A stretch of DNA of 61,091 bases from a virus (IMGVR_UViG_3300021335_000017:1-61091); one strand, 5' to 3'; positions 8,507-17,878 are shown, counted from the first letter of the stretch. The notes: generated from the sequence alone by a model not told the origin. Program-made: numbers and translations.

Positions 8507-9256
8507 CTATTCAACACCCCAGGTGCATTCTGGGTGTTCGCCTTTTCTATAGGAACACCACCTACATGCATCTTTGCTGGGGGTGGGTGAGAAATCATCA
8601 CAGGTTGTCATTTCTACAGCGCGTTTGTGCCAAGTAGGCATGAACTGCATTGCTTGATCTCTAGTAAAACTTTTAACTGTTGTTTCACCTAGATCTAGGT
8701 ACCACAGTTCTGTTTGCGCAAACTGCACGTCTGGAAATCTTAAGAACGTTGCAATTGCATATAACAAAGCTTGTTGTGAATGTCCGATTTCATTGCCAAA
8801 TTTTTTACCTGTTTTGTAATCGATTACTCGGACACATGTTTCGTCTTGGTGAACTAGCGCATCTAATTTGATACGAGCCCATGTTGCTTTTTCCATCCAG
8901 CCAACTGGATTCCAATTTAAGTCAAAGCCCCATTCACCTTCGAGTTCAACTTCTGCGTTAGCAAAGCCTTCGCGCAGTTCTTCAAACTCTGATTTGAATT
9001 TGATTAAGGTGTCAGGGAATTCACCAAGCGTTCCGTTTACATAATCTTCTGCTTGTTGGTGAATCATGGTGCCGCGTTCAGCAGCAGGGCCTGATTCTTC
9101 TTGTATTTTTTTGACCTTAGCAATGTAAGATCTGTATGGGCATTGCTCAAATACTTTAAGTGCTGAGTAAGACCAAGACTTTAGCTCGCCTAATTGTTCT
9201 GGTACTTCGATGGGCTTAAGTGCATCTGGTCTCTTTTCCTGAGTTAGAGAGATCAC
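8507..9256 (-). CDS. PD-(D/E)XK (RecB-like) exonuclease with Fe-S cysteines
   Basis: SWSYSALKVFEQCP, IKLD, IDYKTGK, Q..LYA and CRWC......C motifs. Confidence 0.88.
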   Translation of the reverse strand: MISLTQEKRPDALKPIEVPEQLGELKSWSYSALKVFEQCPYRSYIAKVKKIQEESGPAAERGTMIHQQAEDYVNGTLGEFPDTLIKFKSEFEELREGFANAEVELEGEWGFDLNWNPVGWMEKATWARIKLDALVHQDETCVRVIDYKTGKKFGNEIGHSQQALLYAIATFLRFPDVQFAQTELWYLDLGETTVKSFTRDQAMQFMPTWHKRAVEMTTCDDFSPTPSKDACRWCSYRKGEHPECTWGVE

Positions 9257-9284
9257 GTTAATTCCTATCCGTTATTATAAGAAG

Positions 9285-9301
9285 TATTAGTATAGCTAAT
9301 A
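9285..9301. promoter_or_regulatory. 17-bp palindromic operator
   Basis: TATTAG-tatag-CTAATA, intergenic. Confidence 0.8.
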
Positions 9302-9303
9302 TA

Positions 9304-11817
9304 TCAACTTGTGGCTAATAAACGTTGGTCATTTTCTTCAAAGTATGCAGATATATACATGTCTTTGTCTTCTTCACTAATCTTCCAATTAAGTACAATC
9401 CCCCTTACAGGGGTAGAGTCACGGCTTGCCCCAGGGGCCCGTTTGCGTGTTATCTCTAAACCGTTACGGCTTAGGCGCTTTTTAAATTCTTGTTGCGACA
9501 GTCTTGGAGTTTGCTCTGTTTGTATGTGAAACACTGTTCTTAAATGTTCACTTGGTATAACACAGTAGTCTTCATCGCTAGCTGCTATCCAACTTTTAAC
9601 TAAACGTTGTGCAGCAAGTATTTCGTTTGCATGTAATACTGAACCAGTATTGATATCTAATATGTCTACAAAGTAAGCTAAGTTACCGTCTTTAACTGCC
9701 TGACAGAACTCATCGAATACAGACATAGATACATTGCGCATTTGTTCTTTTGCAGTGTTGTCTATAGGTATTTCTACTAGTCGCTTGTTTACTTTAAATG
9801 TCTGTAAATAACCAGCAAATGCCCAAAGTTCGTTTTCAATCTCATCTGCATCGAGACGCTCTGGCATATCTGGATAAGCTTGTAACAGTTTAGTTTTTTG
9901 CATAGGTGCGATGTTGTAGCGTCTGTCACCCGATTCTATGTTTACAGCATCTACTCTGTTAGTAAGAAATATATAGTTTGTATAGTTAGGTACTTCTACT
10001 TGGTTAGAGCGCATACCTCTAATTGTTATTGTTTTTTCAGTTATCTGGTTTTTAAGTTTGTCAGCCATTTTTGATGCACCTGACGAACTTGATGCCATGT
10101 GAAATTCATCAACAACTAGAAATAGTGCATCTCTCATATATAGATTAAATTGCTCTTCCATGTTTTGTAAGTAACGCATCGGTACATGGTGAGTACCAAA
10201 TAAGTTACGTAATATGCGACTGTAAAACACACCTTTACCTGTACCTTGTGTACCTGTAAGTACCCATGATACGCCGGTCTTTTTGCGTGTTTGGTAGATG
10301 TAAGCTAGCCAATTAATGAAACGCTCAAACTCTTCTTTGCCGTTACCTAGCATATGAGATATAACTCTGTAGGTAAGAGGGCAGTCGTCTTTGATTCGTT
10401 GTCCGTGGCCAATGGTCAACGGTTCATCAGGCAGCTTAGCTTTTAATGCGTATTTTGTTTTTCTATATGTATTAACGTAATGCGGTACGTCTTTGAAGTT
10501 AACAGCTGGTTTCTCAGATGTTGGGTCAAATACTACAGTACCGTCTGGTATAAAGTCAGGAGCTATCTTGCCATGACTTAAGAAAAAGTCTTCAATGTTT
10601 GTTTTACTTATTGGCGTTAATGGAAACTTGTCAGAGAACTGATCTTCGTTTGGGCAATAAACACCGTTGTAAAATGTATCAGTATAGAAGTCACGCATTA
10701 CTACCGGAAATTCGTGTCTGCCTACTGCTTTTAATTCACTTTCAAATGTATCAAATATACTTCTGTAAAATTCTGGATCAGCTTTTTCTATTTCAAAGAT
10801 TGGTTCATCTTTGAAGTTGTGCATGTATGTTGGTTTTTCAATATTAAAATAATAAGCGTTTGAATCACCACCATTAATATTACAACGTACGTAAGGAAAC
10901 GACGTGCTGTCAGATATGCTGATAGCCATTTTGTCTGGATTAACTAGTATTTCTTCTGTTGTATTATCTACTGTAGTTAGTCTTGTTTTAGTCTGTTTCT
11001 TTTTGTAGCCAGCTTGTTCCCGCAGTCTATCTTTGTATGTTTGTGCTTTTTCGTGAATGCGTTGTGGGCTGATTTGTGCCATTAAAGACGCTAAGTCAAA
11101 GGACCATTTTTCACGTTCAACTAACACGATTCTATCTTCAGGCTTGTTGAAAGGATCTAAAGTATCGTCTTCAAAAGTAGGTGGAGCTGTAAATATAATT
11201 TTTGAGTTGTCTGCAACAGAACTGTCTAAGGGCATTTTAAGTGATTGCCCGTTTACGGATAGTTCTAGTTGGCTGCTAAATATATCAGATTCGTAATTAC
11301 AATCTTGTAACCAAAGCTTAATTGATTTTGGTGGCATTGCTACAGTTAGAAACATAAAGATGTGCAGCGAAGTCTTGTCTCCTTTGAGTCCAAGACTTGA
11401 AGATGCTTGAGCTATGTAGCTTACGTTCTGTAGCTGTAGTGGTAGTTCACCAATTACTTGATTAGCTAGAAATGCGACATCTGCTGCAGATAATTTGCCT
11501 GTGGCAAGAGGGCGTGAAAGTCGTACGCCATCAACATCTAATATAAGTAAGCTAGACAAAGCATTTCTGTCTGATTTACCAGCTCTGCTTTCGTCTACTA
11601 AATCTCTTTTTAGATTCCCTTTTAACATGCAGTGCCCCATGTCGGAATGGGATCTGATTAATTGTTCTAATTTACGTAAACCAATTTCGTCTGTTGAAAC
11701 ATCATGTTTGTGGGAAGTGACTGCTTTAACTAACGGATACGACGTGAAGCCGTTTAACTTCGAATAAATCTTACTGAGTCGAAGACCGTTGGTAGCCTCC
11801 AAAAAAGTCACCCGCAT
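9304..11817 (-). CDS. Primase-helicase (AEP-like N-terminus, D5/SF3-like NTPase)
   Basis: ILDVDG and SLHIF in the N-terminus; GTQGTGKG, VVDE, FLTN and GDRRY in the C-terminus. Confidence 0.88.
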   Translation of the reverse strand: MRVTFLEATNGLRLSKIYSKLNGFTSYPLVKAVTSHKHDVSTDEIGLRKLEQLIRSHSDMGHCMLKGNLKRDLVDESRAGKSDRNALSSLLILDVDGVRLSRPLATGKLSAADVAFLANQVIGELPLQLQNVSYIAQASSSLGLKGDKTSLHIFMFLTVAMPPKSIKLWLQDCNYESDIFSSQLELSVNGQSLKMPLDSSVADNSKIIFTAPPTFEDDTLDPFNKPEDRIVLVEREKWSFDLASLMAQISPQRIHEKAQTYKDRLREQAGYKKKQTKTRLTTVDNTTEEILVNPDKMAISISDSTSFPYVRCNINGGDSNAYYFNIEKPTYMHNFKDEPIFEIEKADPEFYRSIFDTFESELKAVGRHEFPVVMRDFYTDTFYNGVYCPNEDQFSDKFPLTPISKTNIEDFFLSHGKIAPDFIPDGTVVFDPTSEKPAVNFKDVPHYVNTYRKTKYALKAKLPDEPLTIGHGQRIKDDCPLTYRVISHMLGNGKEEFERFINWLAYIYQTRKKTGVSWVLTGTQGTGKGVFYSRILRNLFGTHHVPMRYLQNMEEQFNLYMRDALFLVVDEFHMASSSSGASKMADKLKNQITEKTITIRGMRSNQVEVPNYTNYIFLTNRVDAVNIESGDRRYNIAPMQKTKLLQAYPDMPERLDADEIENELWAFAGYLQTFKVNKRLVEIPIDNTAKEQMRNVSMSVFDEFCQAVKDGNLAYFVDILDINTGSVLHANEILAAQRLVKSWIAASDEDYCVIPSEHLRTVFHIQTEQTPRLSQQEFKKRLSRNGLEITRKRAPGASRDSTPVRGIVLNWKISEEDKDMYISAYFEENDQRLLATS

Positions 11818-11842
11818 AGCAAGCCCTCCTAAAGCCGCGTAA

Positions 11843-11859
11843 TATTAGTATTACTAATT
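11843..11859. promoter_or_regulatory. 17-bp palindromic operator
   Basis: TATTAG-tatta-CTAATT, upstream of the primase-helicase. Confidence 0.78.
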
Positions 11860-12036
11860 TAATTTATCGTTAGAAAGTATTTCTGAGCGATCGATCTTGA
11901 CTTCCTTGTCTGCTTCGAAAGATATTCTGACTTGATTCCTGTCTATTTTATTAACGGTGAGTTTGGCTATGGTTTCTCCGTCTTTATGTAGGATAACCTT
12001 TTCGCCAAGCTTTCTTGTTAAAACTAATCTAGACAT
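11854..12036 (-). CDS. csrA: CsrA/RsmA-family translational regulator
   Basis: LVLTRKLGEKV...NQVRISFEADKEVKIDRSEI aligns with CsrA (LILTRRVGE...[20 protein letters not shown]). Confidence 0.9.
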   Translation of the reverse strand: MSRLVLTRKLGEKVILHKDGETIAKLTVNKIDRNQVRISFEADKEVKIDRSEILSNDKLN

Positions 12037-13851
12037 TTATTTACTGTAGTTATTTGCGTAACCGCCTTCCGCGTCGAGTGGTATGTCTGCACACCAAGAG
12101 GGTGCTAAACACATATCGTCAATAATATTAGACATTGTAACATGAGGTTGCATAATATTAGCAACAATAATAATTTCGTCGTGTACCTGTAATACAACAT
12201 CAAGTTCTTTTTGTTTTGATAGCCGTAAAATACTGTCAGTAATTACTATTCTCGACAATGCTTGAACTACGTTTTCTGTAATACGTCCGCCGTACGTATA
12301 CTCTTTCCTTCCTCTGGACTCGTAGGATAGCCCCTCTGAAGTCGATCTTAAGTTTTGGTATTTAAGTGCCATACCGTTTGGCAGCTTTAAACCATGCTCA
12401 ATAACTTCAAGAGGGCCATATCTGTGCCCATAGTTGTCTTTGTGCAAACTAAGCTTTAGTAAATCTTCAAGTTTAGTCCACAGCGTTTTGATCCCGGGGT
12501 ATGTGTTGCGATAGGTGTTTACAACATCTTGAGCTTCGGTTTCCGTGAAGTCTAAAGACGGGCCCATTGCCCCGGCTTTCAGTGTGTCTCGGAACTTTTT
12601 ATGGCCCATACCGTAACCAAGTCCGAGTATTGCAGTTTTACCTACAAATCTTTCTACTGGATCGTCCTTTTTGTTGATAGGACGTTCGTATATTTTTTGC
12701 GCAAAGTTAGAATAAATATCATCTCCTTTGCGGAATTGTTCTACTAATTCAGTTTCCCCAGCTAGCCATGCAAGCATACGTGCTTCGATGTTACTTAAAT
12801 CTGCAACATATAAATAATTATTTTCTGGGGCTATGAGACATTGTCTGATCTCTCCGCCTCGAGGCAGATTTTGCATGTTGAGTTTTTCTGTACCACCAAA
12901 GCGACCTGTGTGGGCAGCATAGTATCTGAGTGGTACTGGGATAGTGTCGTCAGCAGACGAAGCGGCGTCCAGGAAGCGTTTGCTTCTTGTTTCTGTAAGT
13001 CTACTTTTTACAGCGATTCTACCGTTCCATATATGTGCAAAGTTTGGATACATGTTGCACATTTGTTTGAAGCCCGCATCGTTTTTGCCCAACGCAGGGA
13101 TGTTTTCTCCTGTTGTTGGACTACGTTTAGTTGGCACGCTTATCCCTAGTTCTTCTTCTATATATTCAGCAAACTTTTTGTTTGAACTAAGTACATCTTT
13201 TGGCACGCCTGAGTCTTCTATTTTCTTCTCACTGTTTGCGAACTCTTGTTTGTGGTACGTGGTTAGTCGTTCACGGTCAATTTTTAGTTTGGGTTCGCAG
13301 AACATTCTGGTTGTGATATCGATGATATCCATTTCAGAAGTAGGGTAGGTTTTGATTAGTTGGTTGTAGATAGCGTAGGTTAGATCGACATCTTGGATAC
13401 AATAGCCCGCTATTTGCTCCTCGATGTCAGGTGGTAAATCATAAATGCCTTTAGCATTTATCAACTCTTCACCTTTACGCATTGTTTCGTCGTTTGGGAA
13501 AAGGCGAACTGCGCAATCTTTTAAACGTGCAGACTGCCCGGGGAACCAACCTCTGCACATTGCTGCTGTGTCTGTGTAGTACGCAGGGATTTTTTTGTAA
13601 TATTGTGTAAGTATGTACCCGTCAAACGGCGTGTTGTGGCACACTAAGTTAACGTTGCTCCAGTCGATATTGTTGATAGCATCTTCAACTTCGTCTTCGC
13701 CAAACCATTCTGTATCATCATGATTTATCTTGATGCCGACACCCCAGACTTTAAATTTGTCATGCTTGATATAGTCCATTGTGGTTAGCTTGGTAAGACT
13801 AACTTGGACGTCGTAATAGGTTTCAAAGTCGAGGGTTATGACATCAAGCAT
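12037..13851 (-). CDS. Family A DNA polymerase with 3'-5' exonuclease
   Basis: LDFET, HTGR, ADLSNIEAR, RFVGKTAILGLGYG and VHDE motifs. Confidence 0.96.
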   Translation of the reverse strand: MLDVITLDFETYYDVQVSLTKLTTMDYIKHDKFKVWGVGIKINHDDTEWFGEDEVEDAINNIDWSNVNLVCHNTPFDGYILTQYYKKIPAYYTDTAAMCRGWFPGQSARLKDCAVRLFPNDETMRKGEELINAKGIYDLPPDIEEQIAGYCIQDVDLTYAIYNQLIKTYPTSEMDIIDITTRMFCEPKLKIDRERLTTYHKQEFANSEKKIEDSGVPKDVLSSNKKFAEYIEEELGISVPTKRSPTTGENIPALGKNDAGFKQMCNMYPNFAHIWNGRIAVKSRLTETRSKRFLDAASSADDTIPVPLRYYAAHTGRFGGTEKLNMQNLPRGGEIRQCLIAPENNYLYVADLSNIEARMLAWLAGETELVEQFRKGDDIYSNFAQKIYERPINKKDDPVERFVGKTAILGLGYGMGHKKFRDTLKAGAMGPSLDFTETEAQDVVNTYRNTYPGIKTLWTKLEDLLKLSLHKDNYGHRYGPLEVIEHGLKLPNGMALKYQNLRSTSEGLSYESRGRKEYTYGGRITENVVQALSRIVITDSILRLSKQKELDVVLQVHDEIIIVANIMQPHVTMSNIIDDMCLAPSWCADIPLDAEGGYANNYSK

Positions 13852-13999
13852 CGGCTTTTCCCTTTTTGTTTTTGGTGTTAATAGTTTCTGTAAGGTATGG
13901 TAGTTTTTCTATCTTTCCGCCATTGGCTAAAAAAACCTGAATATCCTTGTTAAGTTGTTCCCGCTCACGTGCTTTTATATTGGTGCTGCCGATTGACAT
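13844..13999 (-). CDS. SutA-like RNA-polymerase-binding small protein (51 aa; not in the ORF track)
   Basis: Hand-translated MSIGSTNIKAREREQLNKDIQVFLANGGKIEKLP...; AAGGA RBS; FLAxGGKI motif. Confidence 0.7.
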   Translation of the reverse strand: MSIGSTNIKAREREQLNKDIQVFLANGGKIEKLPYLTETINTKNKKGKADA

Positions 14000-14148
14000 T
14001 ACTTGTCCTTAATTTTATTAGATTTATGTGTTCTTAATTCCCATTCGCGCTGTTTGTCTCTTAGTATTAGATATGCTCCATCTAACAAATACAGTAAGAC
14101 AGCTGCTGCAGCCGCGCCTTGCGTTGCATGAATAAGTTGTTCGCTCAT
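13999..14148 (-). CDS. Small hypothetical protein (49 aa)
   Basis: MSEQLIHATQGAAAAAVLLYLL...; TAATG coupling at both ends. Confidence 0.55.
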   Translation of the reverse strand: MSEQLIHATQGAAAAAVLLYLLDGAYLILRDKQREWELRTHKSNKIKDK

Positions 14149-14339
14149 TAGAAGGGGACCTCGTCTGTGCATTGTTGCGCAGCGTAAATTTCTCCTTCTT
14201 TGTGTTTGAATTCAGAGAGCAGCTCTTTGTAGATTTCTGGTTGGCGTGACTTAACCCACACAGTTAAAAAGCTGTGAAATTCAGGATGCGCATCTTTTTC
14301 TACATTAGGTAGATTTTCGAAATATTCCTTAGTGTCCAT
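14148..14339 (-). CDS. Hypothetical protein
   Basis: AGGAG RBS; in operon. Confidence 0.65.
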   Translation of the reverse strand: MDTKEYFENLPNVEKDAHPEFHSFLTVWVKSRQPEIYKELLSEFKHKEGEIYAAQQCTDEVPF

Positions 14340-14362
14340 CGCTCTCTCCTAGAGGTTTGGTT

Positions 14363-14647
14363 TTAGTTATGTACTTCAACGTTCTTTATAAGTCGGTCTA
14401 AGTACCATGCTGCTTTTTTACAATCTTCTAGTTTTTTACCTTTGTATGACATTCTCCAAAGGTACTTAATGCAGTTTGCTTTTAAATAACCTTGGAATTC
14501 ATCAGCTGACATTGATGCTTCTATAGCTTCAATGCATTCGACTTTTCCTGTGTTGTAATGTGCAGGGTTATTAACCATGTCTTGGATTGCATTGTGGGCT
14601 TTAGATACTTGATCCCACTCTTGGGGGCTTACATCGTTTAATTTCAT
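14363..14647 (-). CDS. DUF3310 / T7 gp1.7-like protein
   Basis: DMVNNPAHY...ECIEAI...IKYLWR...ED..KA.WYL motif. Confidence 0.85.
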   Translation of the reverse strand: MKLNDVSPQEWDQVSKAHNAIQDMVNNPAHYNTGKVECIEAIEASMSADEFQGYLKANCIKYLWRMSYKGKKLEDCKKAAWYLDRLIKNVEVHN

Positions 14648-14670
14648 TGATCGATCCTCGAGTTAAAAAA

Positions 14671-14751
14671 TTGTGCGTTTAAGGTCACTAGTGCACAAAG
14701 CTAGCTAATACACATACGTCTGTGTAGGAGGAGCACTTCGTATGTTGACCT
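14671..14751 (-). ncRNA. Putative pseudoknotted cis-RNA element B
   Basis: AGGUC/GACCU, ACAUACG/CGUAUGU and GCUAG/CUAGU stems; loop UUGUGC pairs with downstream GCACAA. Confidence 0.55.
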
Positions 14752-14768
14752 AATAGTATCTATACTAA

Positions 14769-14785
14769 TATTAGCCTTACTAATA
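14769..14785 (-). promoter_or_regulatory. Operator in the spacer of a TTGACA-18-TAGTAT promoter
   Basis: TATTAG-cctta-CTAATA; TTGACA at 14791-14786 on the minus strand. Confidence 0.82.
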
Positions 14786-14787
14786 TG

Positions 14788-15924
14788 TCAATGCGGCAGA
14801 TAGACAGTTTCACCAAATGGTGCTTGTAAGGAGTGATTAGTAGATACCCAAAGTACAGGACATTGCACAACTCTTTCGGATTCTGCAAAGTCCTGTGCAT
14901 CGGTTTCTAGATCAGTTAGATAAACGATTGCATCGACATCCTGATGATTTTCATCCATCCACTCAAAGGCGGGTAAGAATTGCGTACCGCCTTGCCCTTT
15001 TAGATCTAGATGTTCTTCACCAAGAGTTGAATCTTGGTCAAGCTCAAATGTCTGTTGTACTTCGTAGTCTGCGTGTACAACGACAACTGATTCCGGGCGA
15101 ACATCCTTTATTATTGAATTAAGTTCGCCAACAAACTGTTGCTGGTCTCTTGATGTGCTGCCGCTAGTGTCAAATATGAGACCTACCTTCCCACAACCTT
15201 CTGACCGTAACGATGGTACATACTCGTCCTCCGATAAGTATGCTCGATTTGGTCTTGCCCACGAATAATCGTTGGTTGTAAGGTTTGTAAAAAAGGGCCA
15301 AAGAACAGTTAACCAATTAACTTTGGGAGATACTATGTCTTCGATGAATTGAGACAAGTGTCCCGGTAATTTACCGCGTGATTTTGCTTGTTCAGCAGCT
15401 TGGGTTACGGCTATTTGCCAGTCAGCTTCTTGCTGTGCATTACTTTCCTTGGTTAGTGATCCGTTGTCAGCGTCTAACACTATGCCCCATTTACATTCTT
15501 GTAAGGATTCTCCATCGTCTTGTCTTTGTTTAAGATCGGTATAAATTGCTTCGGCAGACCATTTATCGTCGTACTTGTCGTCGAGTAATGCGCCTTCTGG
15601 TAATACTAATCCGCTCTTTACCACTAGTGGGTTGATGGCGTAGTCACATGCCATGTTCCACAGTTTAGGGTCTCTGTCACCACGTCTTGTGTGATGGTTA
15701 CCTGTGCAATGCATTACCTCATGCGCAGTTAGCCCGCGCAGCTCCATTGCGCTTTGTTTCATAATATAGTCAGGGTTGTAGATTAACCGCTTGCCATCAG
15801 TAGCAGCAGTAGAGCATTCATCAGGTTTAGATAATAATTTAAGGCGCAGAGCCAACGTACCGAAGAACGGGTGGTCCATCAGTAGTTGTGCTCGCGCTTT
15901 TAGCATTGCAGTTTCAGCGGACAT
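14788..15924 (-). CDS. DUF2201-like metallopeptidase + VWA protein
   Basis: TAATDG, AHEVMH, WNMACDYAIN, FDTSGS, GQGGT and YLTD motifs. Confidence 0.88.
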   Translation of the reverse strand: MSAETAMLKARAQLLMDHPFFGTLALRLKLLSKPDECSTAATDGKRLIYNPDYIMKQSAMELRGLTAHEVMHCTGNHHTRRGDRDPKLWNMACDYAINPLVVKSGLVLPEGALLDDKYDDKWSAEAIYTDLKQRQDDGESLQECKWGIVLDADNGSLTKESNAQQEADWQIAVTQAAEQAKSRGKLPGHLSQFIEDIVSPKVNWLTVLWPFFTNLTTNDYSWARPNRAYLSEDEYVPSLRSEGCGKVGLIFDTSGSTSRDQQQFVGELNSIIKDVRPESVVVVHADYEVQQTFELDQDSTLGEEHLDLKGQGGTQFLPAFEWMDENHQDVDAIVYLTDLETDAQDFAESERVVQCPVLWVSTNHSLQAPFGETVYLPH

Positions 15925-15925
15925 A

Positions 15926-16639
15926 TTAGCCTCCAACTAATTTAGCCGTTAGTACCATCTGGTTAGCAGCGTCTGCATCAAAGTTGACTGATTCGCGACG
16001 TTGTTTGGCTGCCGACACACGTGTTACTTTTTCGTGCATCTTTGATATAGCTTCTTGGTCAACAAGATTCTCTGCGGCAGGCCACGTCTCTAGCAGCTGT
16101 TTAAGTGTGTTACAGTTTTGAAGTAGTGCAGTTATCTGCTCACGGTATTGTTTCTCAGCATCATCACGATCGTGTCTTGATGTGTGTGCTTCGTTCACAT
16201 ATTCGAGAATTTCCGTGCGATGTTCGTTGTCCAGATCATTTACCCACAGTTCACAGTCGTAACTGCTGTAATGACCGGGTTTGTTCCAAAGGCTTATTGG
16301 AGTATCAAACTCGACATTTAGCTCCATGTGATCTTCGTTCCACTGTGTTCTTCTATCTGTTTTTTCTTGATCAGTTGCGGGTCTTTTGATTGTTAGTGCT
16401 GTAAATCTATAATCTTCAGGACCCATTTTTTCTAGCCCAAGACCACTTACACTGTTTTCACTGATTATGTCGCGTATTTGCCTAGCAACTTTTTGGAATG
16501 TAGATTCTGTAACAGCTGCTTTAAGCTTGGACTGGAAATCATTAGATGGTTTCCATTTCGGATTAGCTACTTCGAAAGCGTCCATAGCCCTTGATAGTAT
16601 GCGAGTGCGCATTTCTTGCGATAATCTGACAGATGCCAT
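15926..16639 (-). CDS. Nmad5-like protein
   Basis: N-terminal RLS..MR..I and C-terminal NTLKQLLETWP motifs. Confidence 0.6.
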   Translation of the reverse strand: MASVRLSQEMRTRILSRAMDAFEVANPKWKPSNDFQSKLKAAVTESTFQKVARQIRDIISENSVSGLGLEKMGPEDYRFTALTIKRPATDQEKTDRRTQWNEDHMELNVEFDTPISLWNKPGHYSSYDCELWVNDLDNEHRTEILEYVNEAHTSRHDRDDAEKQYREQITALLQNCNTLKQLLETWPAAENLVDQEAISKMHEKVTRVSAAKQRRESVNFDADAANQMVLTAKLVGG

Positions 16640-16649
16640 GATGTTTCTC

Positions 16650-17648
16650 CTATAGTAAAACTGACGCGTTTTCTTGCGTCCATGTTGTGAATGCTGGTTG
16701 TGTCATTAACTGTTTGTCTTTAGCCATACAGTCACGAACAACCACGACTTGATACTCTGCTGGCATGCGTTTAACGTACTTCATGATTGCGTCAAAGTTG
16801 TTGGCGTCAACACGTGAAGCAAGTGCACCAGCAATTGCGTACAACACTGATGTGTTGCTTGGTACTTTTGTATGTGATGGTTTCTTGATTAGTTCGTCGA
16901 TGTCAGGAACATCTTTGTATATTGCTTTGAACGCAAGATACTCACCAGCTGGCCCGTCGCCTACGACTGATGCGCAGCCATAAAACTCATCTTCCATAAA
17001 TGGTAGTTTTCTAGATAACATTTCCCATGTACGAGGTGTTGGTGAAGCATTCTGTGAAGGGTCAATGTCATGCAGAAGAGCGGGGCGGTAACGCAAGAAC
17101 GAGATCAAAGATTCATCAATGTCATTGTTAACAGCCCAACCTACCCAATCATCAATGTTTGGCTCGATAGTGTAATGAGCAAAACGTGTTTTAAGTGGTG
17201 TAGGCATTTCGTGAACAGCGGCACGATCTTGAGCGCGGTTACCACATGCAATGATTGTAGTGTTTGGTGGAAGTGTATAAGTACCAATCTTGTGATCAAG
17301 CGTAAGCTGCAGCAGGGCGTTCTGTGTTGCTTTCGGTGCGTTAGGCAACTCATCAATAATAACAAGTACTGGTCCTTGATAGTCTGATGGCGGGTAATCT
17401 TCCGGGATACCGTAGCGTGTTTTGTACGTACCATCGTCCATTTCTACTACCTTGAGACCACCACGTACGTCGACTGGGTCAAACAAGTTAGCACGTATTT
17501 CGAAAATTTTTGATTTGGTTAAGTGCCCAAATTGGTAAGCCATTGCAGACTTAGCACATCCGGGTGGTCCCCAAAGCATGCTTGATATACCGGCAAGCGC
17601 ATTTGCTTTTAGTTCCGGTGTAAGACAAGAGGGTCGTATTGTCCTCAT
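16650..17648 (-). CDS. MoxR-like AAA+ ATPase
   Basis: WGPPGCAKS, IIDE, ACGN, LKTRF and TPRTWE motifs. Confidence 0.9.
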   Translation of the reverse strand: MRTIRPSCLTPELKANALAGISSMLWGPPGCAKSAMAYQFGHLTKSKIFEIRANLFDPVDVRGGLKVVEMDDGTYKTRYGIPEDYPPSDYQGPVLVIIDELPNAPKATQNALLQLTLDHKIGTYTLPPNTTIIACGNRAQDRAAVHEMPTPLKTRFAHYTIEPNIDDWVGWAVNNDIDESLISFLRYRPALLHDIDPSQNASPTPRTWEMLSRKLPFMEDEFYGCASVVGDGPAGEYLAFKAIYKDVPDIDELIKKPSHTKVPSNTSVLYAIAGALASRVDANNFDAIMKYVKRMPAEYQVVVVRDCMAKDKQLMTQPAFTTWTQENASVLL

Positions 17649-17878
17649 AAGTTCACTCCTAGGTTAAAGGTTTCGTTAAGGCTTGTAGCCATTGTGTTGA
17701 TCTGTTCCCAGATATAGTCTCCGTCTTTAGCTTCGAGCGGTTCCCATGCTCGATGTTCAAGTTCCATGAATAGTTGTTCGTCGTCCATTCCATCCCAATC
17801 GGCAGGCAGTTCTGAATATAAATAGAAGCCTGCTGAATATTCGATAAGCGATGTTTGTGTCCACGGTTCGTTGTTCAT
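17645..17878 (-). CDS. Hypothetical protein
   Basis: GAGGA RBS; ATGA coupling. Confidence 0.65.
   Translation of the reverse strand: MNNEPWTQTSLIEYSAGFYLYSELPADWDGMDDEQLFMELEHRAWEPLEAKDGDYIWEQINTMATSLNETFNLGVNL

Noticed and set aside
8507-9256. Cas4 / CRISPR-Cas component
   Set aside because: No other cas genes or array; RecB-like nucleases are routine in phage replication modules.
15925-15941. Additional operator ATTAG...CTAAT
   Set aside because: The spacer is 7 nt rather than 5, and the site overlaps an RBS and coding sequence.
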